A stretch of DNA of 64,000 bases from IMG/VR virus record IMGVR_UViG_3300018839_000001. One strand, given 5' to 3'. This stretch comes from a virus. Taxonomy: Duplodnaviria > Heunggongvirae > Uroviricota > Caudoviricetes. Below the pieces are notes generated by a model that made no database searches, had not been told where the DNA came from, and was given only the letters and a program-made list of their open reading frames with translations. Below are positions 56,490 through 64,000 of this stretch, piece after piece. The translations under genes were made by a program, and so were the position numbers. The stretch's first letter is position 1. Each line of letters begins with the position of its first letter.

Positions 56490-57170
56490 TCACTTTCCCT
56501 TCCTAATAATCTCTATATCCACCATCTGTCTACCATTTATTCTGGCTTCATTCTCGGATGATACTAAGAAATCAATTATTTTACCTTTGATGCCTCCACC
56601 TGTATCAAGGCTTATAGCAGTAAAGCTTCCTGACTTTGTGTGAATTTTAACAATAGACCATAGTGGTATTACATTTGGATCGGTTGCTATAATTCTGCGC
56701 CCTTCATAGGTAATACGATTTTTAATATCTATTCCTGTCCTTGTGATCCCCGTACATCCTTCTTGACACATTGCAATATAGGAAGTCATCTCAAATTTTC
56801 CAATGTGATAACCGCCCACATCACTTCCTTTCTTCTCGATATTAAAATTTTTCTGTTCTTTTTTATTTAGTTTGTTTTTTAATTGCTTAATCTCTTTATT
56901 CTTCTTCTTTAAAAGTTTTTCTTTATTTTTAATTTGTGATTCTTTTTTTGCGATAACCTTTTTATTCTCTTTTAGTTCTTTATCCTTGTTTTTAACAACA
57001 TCATCTAGGTTGGCTATCTTGGCTTCTTTATTGTCTAAATTCTTTTTTTGTTCTTCCGTTTCATTTTTAAGGCGATTTACATCATCATGTGCTAAAGTCC
57101 AACCGCCTACTGACACTACCAGCCCTACAGCAAGTACACCTGTTGTAATTTTATTTTTCATATTTATCAC
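56490..57170 (-). CDS. secreted/membrane-anchored coiled-coil protein with C-terminal 3D domain
   Basis: N-terminal signal/TM, Lys-rich coiled coil, C-terminal 3D-like domain with Asp residues (…ATDPNVIPLWS…ISLDTGG…). Confidence 0.55.
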   Translation of the reverse strand: MINMKNKITTGVLAVGLVVSVGGWTLAHDDVNRLKNETEEQKKNLDNKEAKIANLDDVVKNKDKELKENKKVIAKKESQIKNKEKLLKKKNKEIKQLKNKLNKKEQKNFNIEKKGSDVGGYHIGKFEMTSYIAMCQEGCTGITRTGIDIKNRITYEGRRIIATDPNVIPLWSIVKIHTKSGSFTAISLDTGGGIKGKIIDFLVSSENEARINGRQMVDIEIIRKGK

Positions 57171-57210
57171 TTCCTAGAATCGTTACTCTAGAATGATGTG
57201 TTAATAGGAT

Positions 57211-57250
57211 AAAAAAATAGTAGGAAGGCATAAGCTTCCTACTATTTTAT
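57211..57250 (-). terminator. Rho-independent terminator
   Basis: AGUAGGAAG-cauaa-GCUUCCUACU + U-run. Confidence 0.75.
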
Positions 57251-57257
57251 TGTTTAA

Positions 57258-58388
57258 TTACCGTTTGCTTTTTACAAATTTCAAAGCCTTTTCCAAAGCG
57301 TCTACATCTTCGGACTTTCTAAAGTTTGCATCACCTAGGATTTCTTTGAAATAAACAGCAATTTCTTTCTTAACATCGTTGTCTAAACTTCCAACTATTT
57401 TTTCAATGTCTTTAATTAAAAATTCAGCAGACCGTTTTTCCTTTTCAATTGATTTTTCTGCCTTTACTTCCGCTTCTTCTTTCTGTTCTTTTTGAGCTTC
57501 TGCAACGGCCTTTTCGTCACCATTATATAAACCCAAAATTGCTTCTTTAAAAGTTTTCACGAAAGTCTTCGCATCATTATCAATCACACTTGGGAAAGTG
57601 CGGAATCGTGTTCCACAAAGGATATTACCATCACTTCGGAAGCGAAGTTTTCTAGTCTCAAAAGCTTTACCTTCTTCACTTTTTTCAACTTGTAGATCAC
57701 CGTAAATGATCATATCCGCTTCGCGTTCGATAATATCAGACGTCTTTGTCAACACATTGAATGTTGTGTAATCATATTCAAAACCATCTTTATTTGTAAT
57801 CTTACGTGTTTTTTCATGTCCGATAATGAATACACCGAATCCAGCTTTCTTAAGTCTGTCAATCTGCTTGTAAATTTCCTCGGCCACCATATTGTAACCT
57901 TTCCCCCAAGGGATGTCAGAGATGTCTGTATATCGTTTACCATCTTCACGGCTTGCTTTTCTTAAAACATATGCAATCGCATATCTTTCTAAAGCTGTGA
58001 TAGTGTCAATGATAATAAATCGAAATGGAACATCAGATTTGTTTTCAATCAGCTCATCAATCGTCTCAATAAAACCACGTTGTTGACCATCATCTTCTTC
58101 CGCATAATCAAATCCTGTAACTGGAATGGCAAAGACTCCATCCATTGTTTTATATCCAATCTCAGTAGCTAAGAGCAGTGTACTATCTAAATTTCCATAG
58201 AACTCTTTTGCTAAATCTACTGAGAAAGTCGTTTTCCCAAACTTTGACTTTGCGAGCATTGAAATAAAATATCCTTCCAAGCTTGCTGTTGGTTTGTTTG
58301 GCTTAAGTTGTTTTAAAAATGACATTATATTTTTCCCCTTTTTCACATTTAATTGTGAATGGGGATGCTTCCATTCTTGATTTAACAT
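57258..58388 (-). CDS. RecA-fold ATPase (AAA_24/Sak4-like phage replication-recombination ATPase)
   Basis: Walker A AKSKFGKTT. Walker B IIIDTI. Confidence 0.55.
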   Translation of the reverse strand: MLNQEWKHPHSQLNVKKGKNIMSFLKQLKPNKPTASLEGYFISMLAKSKFGKTTFSVDLAKEFYGNLDSTLLLATEIGYKTMDGVFAIPVTGFDYAEEDDGQQRGFIETIDELIENKSDVPFRFIIIDTITALERYAIAYVLRKASREDGKRYTDISDIPWGKGYNMVAEEIYKQIDRLKKAGFGVFIIGHEKTRKITNKDGFEYDYTTFNVLTKTSDIIEREADMIIYGDLQVEKSEEGKAFETRKLRFRSDGNILCGTRFRTFPSVIDNDAKTFVKTFKEAILGLYNGDEKAVAEAQKEQKEEAEVKAEKSIEKEKRSAEFLIKDIEKIVGSLDNDVKKEIAVYFKEILGDANFRKSEDVDALEKALKFVKSKR

Positions 58389-58421
58389 CCTACGTTTATT
58401 ATGTTATCAATTTAATGCGTT

Positions 58422-58452
58422 TATTTTATCATTATTAATTAGTTTTATTAGA
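58422..58452 (-). promoter_or_regulatory. SPBRE-like element
   Basis: TTATTTTATCATTATTAATTAGTTTTATTAG. Confidence 0.6.
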
Positions 58453-59593
58453 AAGGTAAATCATCATCAGAGATGTCAATCGGCTTTCCATCGTTTGCGA
58501 ATGGATCGTCATCAGCATCAAAAGGATTGCTAGATTCTTTTTTCGATTTTCCACCTAATTCATTTTGAAGGTCTCCTTCTTTTTGGAGCACACCATTATC
58601 TACAAAATCCTCTTCTTTATACATTTTTCTTTCCCATGCATCAATACCTTCAATTCTCATTTCTTGAATGTAATTTCGAATGGTGTATTTCTGTGCATGT
58701 GCAGGTTTAGACCTTCCTCCAAGAGATTTCAATAATTCATCTGGATTCTCTTCCTCATCCTCAGATTCCTCTACAACCACTTGATTCAAAGCGTTTCCGA
58801 ATACCGTAACAAAGTCTCCAAACTTAATACGTTTTAAAAACGAATCTCCAAGCTTCTTCATACCTTCATCAATTCCGTCTTGACCATTGGAAAAATCGAT
58901 TACAAATTGAGAATCATGCCAATCTTTATTATAATCAATTGTTCGACCAGTTATATAGACCTTATTTTGTTCCTTGTCCAATTCTGCATCAACATAAACC
59001 ATGTCTTGCTCAAAATATGTAACTTCCTCAAATTTTTCACTTTCAAAATCAATATCTTTTAATCTATGTACTTTTTCTATTTGAAAGTCTTTTCTCTCAA
59101 CCGTCTTGCCTTGTTGATTCTCATATGTACTATATCGAATCTTGCCTTCCACTACTACACTGTCATTATTACTTAATTGATCATAAATTTCTTTCGAGGC
59201 AACATAAGAGGGTACACCCTTACTATTTAATTTACCATTTTCATCATATTCAAGGCCAATTCTCGATTGTAACACTGCATATCCTGACTCCCTAAGCTCA
59301 TCTTCTTTCTCTACCCACTCTGCAAAAGGAATCCTTTCTCCTTTATAAGACTTATTCTCTTCTTTTGCTTTTTTTGCTTTTTCGCTATTCCATAAGAAAA
59401 CCTCATCTGGTTTAAAATCAAACATAGAAACCATCATTTCATTATTCGGGCTTGTTTTCACTCCAAATCGTAAGCTTCTATATAACTTGCCTTGATTTTT
59501 GGAAACATCCTCTTTAAAAGCTCCGTCCTTATCGATTCGAGTCACTTTCCCTTTAAATCTAAAGCTATTCTTAGTTTGTTGCAGTTCTGCCAT
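58448..59593 (-). CDS. SSB-like ssDNA-binding protein with acidic C-terminal tip
   Basis: Ends …DISDDDLPF (canonical SSB tip DDDIPF). OB-fold-like N-terminal region. Confidence 0.6.
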   Translation of the reverse strand: MAELQQTKNSFRFKGKVTRIDKDGAFKEDVSKNQGKLYRSLRFGVKTSPNNEMMVSMFDFKPDEVFLWNSEKAKKAKEENKSYKGERIPFAEWVEKEDELRESGYAVLQSRIGLEYDENGKLNSKGVPSYVASKEIYDQLSNNDSVVVEGKIRYSTYENQQGKTVERKDFQIEKVHRLKDIDFESEKFEEVTYFEQDMVYVDAELDKEQNKVYITGRTIDYNKDWHDSQFVIDFSNGQDGIDEGMKKLGDSFLKRIKFGDFVTVFGNALNQVVVEESEDEEENPDELLKSLGGRSKPAHAQKYTIRNYIQEMRIEGIDAWERKMYKEEDFVDNGVLQKEGDLQNELGGKSKKESSNPFDADDDPFANDGKPIDISDDDLPF

Positions 59594-59607
59594 TCAAAAT
59601 CCTCCTG

Positions 59608-59634
59608 ATTCATTATTAATTAGTTTTGTACTGA
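59608..59634 (-). promoter_or_regulatory. SPBRE-like element (proximal)
   Basis: GATTCATTATTAATTAGTTTTGTACTG. Confidence 0.6.
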
Positions 59635-59666
59635 AAAGGGAGAAGTGATCTCCCTCACCACATACA

Positions 59667-59700
59667 ATTATTATAACATTATTAATCATTTTTGTCAAGG
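59667..59700 (-). promoter_or_regulatory. SPBRE-type promoter (distal; variant AATCATTTTTG; TTGACA-…-TATAAT)
   Basis: ATTATTATAACATTATTAATCATTTTTGTCAAGG. Confidence 0.6.
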
Positions 59701-59702
59701 CG

Positions 59703-60089
59703 TTATAAAACATTCTTCATAATGTTTTTGTGAGGGTTAGAAACAAAGTTTATGTAAATTTTCTCTAACGTCACTCTTCCACTATCTAATGCCTTGTTTA
59801 TAATTTCAATGTCTTCTGGTGAGAAAGATTGCATAAAAGTTTCTTCAAATATTTTATGAATCCCATGAGTACGGCAATTATCTAAAAATCTATCTAAAGT
59901 CATTTGCGAGTTTGAAATTTTATATTCTTTGAAATCGAGCAAATCATCCAATTTGCTTCTATTTCTCTTATAGAATTTTTTAAAGAACAGATTGCAATCA
60001 TCTTCTGACTTCAATATCCCTTTTGCAATTGAAGGCAGTGATAAAGATTGGATGAATTGTTCGGCCACTTCCACAAATACTTGTAACAT
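59703..60089 (-). CDS. hypothetical protein
   Basis: Track ORF, 128 aa. Confidence 0.45.
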   Translation of the reverse strand: MLQVFVEVAEQFIQSLSLPSIAKGILKSEDDCNLFFKKFYKRNRSKLDDLLDFKEYKISNSQMTLDRFLDNCRTHGIHKIFEETFMQSFSPEDIEIINKALDSGRVTLEKIYINFVSNPHKNIMKNVL

Positions 60090-60229
60090 AAATTAACCTC
60101 TCCCTTTTATTTAGTTGTACACTCTTGATCGCCAATCCAAAAACCGATCATGTGTTCGTATTTTTTCTGTATGGTTACTATATCATAAGACTTTAGTAAT
60201 GTCTACTCTTTTTTTGGTTATGTATGTAG

Positions 60230-60260
60230 AATAAGGGTAAAACTTTACTTACCCTTATTC
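60230..60260 (-). terminator. Rho-independent terminator
   Basis: AAGGGUAA-aacuuu-UUACCCUU + U-rich. Overlaps the stop of the HTH gene. Confidence 0.6.
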
Positions 60261-60535
60261 TGATACTCTTCTTTCCACTTCTCTTTTTCCTTCTTCTTTT
60301 TCTCTACATCAATTTGAACTTCATTGAAAATGTCTGGTATATTTACATTTAAAACCTGTGCAATTGCCCAGGCATAAAGCAATTTCCAAGTAGACTGATT
60401 CGACAATAGGCTCATAAACCCTTTATAGGAAAGGTCTAACCCATATTTTTCTTTTATCAGTTCATATAAATCCTTATATTCACCAATGCCTCTGCTTTCT
60501 AGAAGCATTTTCAATCTTTCTTTATTAATGTGCAT
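60245..60535 (-). CDS. small XRE/Cro-like HTH protein
   Basis: ERLKMLLESRGIGEYKDLYELI…FMSLLSN…AIAQVLNVNIPDIF. Track ORF starts at 60634 inside the upstream gene. The start is more likely MHINKERLK. Confidence 0.5.
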   Translation of the reverse strand: MHINKERLKMLLESRGIGEYKDLYELIKEKYGLDLSYKGFMSLLSNQSTWKLLYAWAIAQVLNVNIPDIFNEVQIDVEKKKKEKEKWKEEYQNKGK

Positions 60536-60575
60536 CTCGATCTTATGAATGGTGTAGGGTTTCTTGTTGCTTGCT

Positions 60576-61643
60576 CTACTCAACTTTATCATCTCCTTCA
60601 ACAACTTGCGGATACGTCTTAACAATATTTTCAATTGTTAGAAATCCTCTTAAATTGGTAGCAGATTTAACGTTAAAATGCTCTGCAACCATTTGCCTAT
60701 CTTGATAAGAAAGCACACCATCTTTTACAAGTTGGCTTGCATAATAAATCATCCCACTTCTCTGGAGAAACTTAGATGTTAAATAATCAATACCTAGGTT
60801 TTCTGCGAGTTGATTTATCCTCGTGAATAGGACATGCTTTTTAATAGGACTTCTCCAATTTTGCAAGTTTGAAATCGATGGCCTGAATACATACTTGTTA
60901 TCGACCAAATCCATATAAGGTTTAACATTATTTTTCAAATGTGATATATTACCATTCTTCTTCATGTAAACCTTTTGATTCATTGCTCCTTTAAGTAAAT
61001 AGAGCGTCCTATCGTCCACTGGCAAATACCTTTCAGTGAACTTAATCGGTTCAAAATCATTATCACTATTTCCTTCTTCGAATACATTTTTTAACCTTAA
61101 AATTTTATTATTGAAATCAATATCTGTCTTCTCAAAGTATCTAATTTCCGATAAATTCTTCCCACCTACTCCTAAAAAGTAAAGTCTCAACAATGCAGAG
61201 TCTTGATAATTTTCAGTTAAATCTTCGTATCTTCTCAATTGTTTCTCTGTAATGTATTCTTCTGCCTCTGTTACATATTTTTCGAAATCCGTTGGCTTTA
61301 AATCTTGGAGTACATTTTCATTAGTCAGTCCTTTTCGTATCGACCACTTCAAATAAGATGAAATTATTCTCGCATAGCCTTCAACAGTATTTTTGTGTTT
61401 TGAGTTAAAACCATATAATATTGTTTCAACTTCTTGGAAATTGAATTGATTCAAATCTTTTTTCAATGCGTTTTCATATTCTGCGGTAATGGTAAATATT
61501 CTCCTGTAACTGGTAACTGTAGCTTCTGAAATACTATGGTTTTCAACCATTTCAGATAGATAATCTTCTTTTACTTTTGCGTTAAATAAATCATTATTAA
61601 TTTCTTTTGTCATGTTCATCACCATACCAAAATCATCTCCCAA
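60576..61643 (-). CDS. putative lysogeny/master repressor candidate (YopR/MrpR-like, recombinase-like fold?)
   Basis: 355-aa protein after a ~320-nt leader that starts at an SPBRE promoter. Followed by a small HTH gene and a terminator. Assignment is by context only. Confidence 0.3.
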   Translation of the reverse strand: MGDDFGMVMNMTKEINNDLFNAKVKEDYLSEMVENHSISEATVTSYRRIFTITAEYENALKKDLNQFNFQEVETILYGFNSKHKNTVEGYARIISSYLKWSIRKGLTNENVLQDLKPTDFEKYVTEAEEYITEKQLRRYEDLTENYQDSALLRLYFLGVGGKNLSEIRYFEKTDIDFNNKILRLKNVFEEGNSDNDFEPIKFTERYLPVDDRTLYLLKGAMNQKVYMKKNGNISHLKNNVKPYMDLVDNKYVFRPSISNLQNWRSPIKKHVLFTRINQLAENLGIDYLTSKFLQRSGMIYYASQLVKDGVLSYQDRQMVAEHFNVKSATNLRGFLTIENIVKTYPQVVEGDDKVE

Positions 61644-61742
61644 TTCGTTTTATGTAGATTCTCATTTATTTGCTTATATCAATGGTTCTAGGGTGATTTT
61701 CTGTTTAAAATTTTATCATTTAATGTATATATAGTCAAAAAT

Positions 61743-61763
61743 ATGATTAATAATGTTAGCTTA
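61743..61763 (+). promoter_or_regulatory. degenerate SPBRE-like element in opposite (plus) orientation within the leader
   Basis: AGTCAAAAATATGATTAATAATGTTAGC. The core ATTAATAATGTTA matches the gene-orientation SPBRE. Confidence 0.3.
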
Positions 61764-61963
61764 GAACCTATATAAGACGGAGTGTATTCGAATTGTGAGT
61801 GATTAAAAAGCGTCTTATTGACAGCCTTTTATGCTCAGTCCTTTCTGTTTATTTATGTTTATTTTTACTTTGTCTTATGAATTGTATACACATTATTTTA
61901 CTTATTTTACCACAACCTTTTCAAAGAATTGTTCACACCCTCCTTCCCTTATCGTATATCACT

Positions 61964-61996
61964 ATTGTATCATTATTAATGAGTTTTAATCAAACA
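61964..61996 (-). promoter_or_regulatory. SPBRE-type promoter (TTGATT-18-TACAAT) for the 60576..61643 gene
   Basis: TATTGTATCATTATTAATGAGTTTTAATCAAAC. Confidence 0.55.
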
Positions 61997-62010
61997 TAAT
62001 AATTTGATGT

Positions 62011-62403
62011 TTATTTCTGGCAGTTTTTATTGGTTAATAATTGGCTAAATAATTTTTTGTTTTTTGTGTCAAGCGCTTGATCAATCTGCTGTTTCTTAAT
62101 CAAACGAAGCATATGTTCGTGAAATTCCTCTACCTCTTTAATTGGTGTATATAATGACTTCGCTTTTAAATCAATTACGCGCTTTAACATTTCGTCAACG
62201 AAATAGCACCTTGGAGAAATGTCTAAAGTATAACCCTTTTCAGAAACGGCCATAATTGTAGCCCTTTCTCCAAGGTGCTGACTCATTTCTTTTGTGAGTA
62301 TACTCGTTATGTCCGAATTTTGCATTGAATATGTTTCACCAATAATTAATTCCTTTTTAATTCTTATTTGATCACCAGCTTTGAATTTAAAGACATTTCT
62401 CAT
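62011..62403 (-). CDS. hypothetical protein
   Basis: Track ORF, 130 aa. Confidence 0.45.
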   Translation of the reverse strand: MRNVFKFKAGDQIRIKKELIIGETYSMQNSDITSILTKEMSQHLGERATIMAVSEKGYTLDISPRCYFVDEMLKRVIDLKAKSLYTPIKEVEEFHEHMLRLIKKQQIDQALDTKNKKLFSQLLTNKNCQK

Positions 62404-62577
62404 ATGTTCTCTTCCTTTACTCAGTTTTATTCTGTTTGTTTTAATGTTAATAGGTAGATTGTTGAACGCCAGTTCTTTATGTTATTACTGCTAATCATAT
62501 TGTATCTCTCCCATTTTCAATGATAACATTTTTCAATTAAAAAGTGTTTGTCAATTATATTTCATTATTTATTAAAA

Positions 62578-62607
62578 ATTATATCAAATTTATTATCTTT
62601 TGTCAAC
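62578..62607 (-). promoter_or_regulatory. consensus sigma-A promoter TTGACA-17-TATAAT (SPBRE-related spacer)
   Basis: Minus strand: TTGACAaaagataataaatttgaTATAAT. Confidence 0.6.
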
Positions 62608-62621
62608 GGATTATTTAAAAT

Positions 62622-62924
62622 TTACTTTTTATCAATAATGTCCGCGGTCATATTCAACTCTCTACGATCATAAAGCCCTAATCGTTCTGCAATTCTCATC
62701 ATCTGATTAGGATTATCTTCTCTCTCTAAAAAAATCAAAGCTCCTGCACAGTGTTGTTGTTCGCTTTTTGCAAGGTCTAATGTCTTATGGCATGTAAAAG
62801 TCATATCATTGTTACTAATGTCATTTACAATGTCATCTAGCCTCTCCTCAGATAACGTAAGATTAGTAGAACTCCCCTTAATAAAAGGACAATCTTTACA
62901 TGGTTTTTTCAGATCAAATTTCAA
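62622..62924 (-). CDS. hypothetical Cys-containing protein
   Basis: CKDCPF…CHK…HCAG. Confidence 0.4.
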   Translation of the reverse strand: MKFDLKKPCKDCPFIKGSSTNLTLSEERLDDIVNDISNNDMTFTCHKTLDLAKSEQQHCAGALIFLEREDNPNQMMRIAERLGLYDRRELNMTADIIDKK

Positions 62925-63007
62925 TTTAATTTCCCCCTAATTGTGTGTTGTATTTCTTTAAAATTATGTACCTTGTTTTAACAACTATATCTAATCAGTC
63001 AATTATT

Positions 63008-63253
63008 TTAAATTTTAAATTTTGAATCAAAATCACAGACAAATATAAATCCTTCCCAACTGTCTACTCCAATTTTGCAACCATCTTTTAAAATTATTTC
63101 TCCCTCACAAGGAAAGCCTTCTTTATCAATCCATGACACTCTGCTCCCGATCAAAAATGATTTTCCTGATCTGTCTTTATGGCCTGTATCAAACGCTCTC
63201 ATATAATAGCATCCCCTAAAATCAGTTTTATTAATATTTTTCCCATACATCAA
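63008..63253 (-). CDS. hypothetical protein
   Basis: Track ORF, 81 aa. Confidence 0.4.
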   Translation of the reverse strand: MMYGKNINKTDFRGCYYMRAFDTGHKDRSGKSFLIGSRVSWIDKEGFPCEGEIILKDGCKIGVDSWEGFIFVCDFDSKFKI

Positions 63254-63436
63254 TATCTCTAAATTCCCATCCCAACATGAATGAAATCAATAAAGCTGAC
63301 AACGCTAAAATGATTGATTGAGAAAGTGTGAAGATTAGATTAAACATTATAATACTAACTGACGACAAGACAAGGATGATGAGTAGATGCTTGATTAATT
63401 GCAACGCTTCCCCAAAATCTTCACTCCTTCATAAAG

Positions 63437-63670
63437 TCAGTTTTTCTTTAACCATCTATAAATTTTGTCTCCCACTTCTGTATCATTCCAACCCCATTGT
63501 TCTGCCAGTAAATAGATGTCTTTTGGTAGAAGTTTATGAATTTGTAGAATGATACTCTCACTAGGTATCTTGCCATAATGGTCATAATATCTATCATGAA
63601 TCTGATTAAATGCGTCCGAATCAATTTTACCCATAAAAATCCTTTCTCTATAAAATTCAGTGTTTATCAA
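63437..63670 (-). CDS. hypothetical protein
   Basis: Track ORF, 77 aa. Confidence 0.4.
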   Translation of the reverse strand: MINTEFYRERIFMGKIDSDAFNQIHDRYYDHYGKIPSESIILQIHKLLPKDIYLLAEQWGWNDTEVGDKIYRWLKKN

Positions 63671-63915
63671 TATTTGTTAATTGTTCCAGAGAAATTCTGA
63701 AACTTTACGCCAAATTTACCTATGATAATTACACGTTCAAAGGTCAAGATATAGTTTAACTCATCTTCCGTAATAGGTGTTCCAGAAATATATTTTTCAT
63801 ATAAAACTCTATCAGGATGATTTAGGTCATCACTATAGAATCTCCATTTCTTCAATTTTCCATCTTCGACATATGCACTAGCCATTGTCATTAAATCACG
63901 TTCTGATATTCTCAT
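63667..63915 (-). CDS. hypothetical protein
   Basis: Track ORF, 82 aa. Confidence 0.4.
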   Translation of the reverse strand: MRISERDLMTMASAYVEDGKLKKWRFYSDDLNHPDRVLYEKYISGTPITEDELNYILTFERVIIIGKFGVKFQNFSGTINKY

Positions 63916-64000
63916 AATATCACCCCTATATAAAATTGAGTTTATCTACTTGCCCTAGGCTTAAATCCTGAATTATTCAATTTTTGCTTTGATTCCTTCT

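Noticed and set aside
45000-59600. Absence of a DNA polymerase gene in the replication module
   Set aside because: It may simply lie outside this 64-kb window. It is not evidence of a polymerase-less replication strategy.
61799-61999. GTG-initiated 66-aa hydrophobic plus-strand ORF in the repressor leader
   Set aside because: No RBS, extreme Leu/Ile/Cys composition typical of AT-rich random ORFs. Possibly just leader sequence.
1-64000. CRISPR arrays, tRNA/rRNA genes, group I introns/inteins, reverse transcriptase (retron)
   Set aside because: No regularly spaced direct repeats or cloverleaf-like segments were seen in intergenic gaps. All gaps >100 bp are accounted for by promoters, terminators or small ORFs. 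The nrd genes are uninterrupted.

Overview
The window reads as an early/replication region of a temperate Bacillus (Firmicutes) SPbeta-group-like phage or prophage. Every credible gene is on the minus strand, and they are tightly packed and often translationally coupled. Recognisable genes include:
- thymidylate synthase (thyP3/ThyA-like)
- guanylate kinase
- a dNMP-kinase-like P-loop protein
- dUTPase
- a compact nrdHIEF ribonucleotide reductase operon with no intron or intein
- a type IIA topoisomerase pair
- ATP-dependent DNA ligase
- RNase H
- RecJ-like DHH exonuclease
- DnaG-type primase
- DnaB-like helicase
- a RecA-fold ATPase
- an SSB-like protein ending in an acidic DDDLPF tip
- a large serine recombinase, with a plausible attP-like imperfect palindrome just 3' of it
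- an LXG polymorphic toxin with an HNH-like C-terminus and a SMI1/KNR4 immunity gene
- a YopR/MrpR-like repressor candidate followed by a small HTH protein

The most striking non-coding feature is a roughly 20-bp conserved element (plus strand ...ATTATTAATTAGTTTTGT..., SPBRE-like) that recurs about 21 times, almost always 25-45 bp upstream of minus-strand start codons and often in tandem. In gene orientation it reads TTGACAAAACTAATTAATAATG(T)TATAAT. That is a sigma-A-like -35/-10 with a conserved spacer, which suggests a promoter/operator regulon.

Unusual gene content includes:
- a self-promoted operon for RNA end healing and sealing (P-loop polynucleotide kinase fused to an HD phosphoesterase, plus an RNA ligase), embedded with a minimal nucleotidyltransferase, an intracellular subtilase, a basic zinc-finger protein and a ClpP-like protease
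- two further minimal nucleotidyltransferases, one of them next to a DEDDh exonuclease
- a PTH2-like peptidyl-tRNA hydrolase and a YqeY/GatB-domain protein
- a NADAR-domain protein
- a SpoT-type HD hydrolase
- an SPFH/band-7 membrane module
- a SLOG/YpsA-like protein next to the recombinase
- an orphan recombinase zinc-ribbon remnant beside two XRE regulators, flanked by near-identical terminators
- a frameshifted paralog pseudogene

No rRNA, tRNA or CRISPR arrays were recognised. I could not run homology searches. All calls rest on motifs read directly from the translations and the DNA. My hand-derived coordinates may be off by +/-1-2 nt, whereas coordinates taken from the ORF track are exact.
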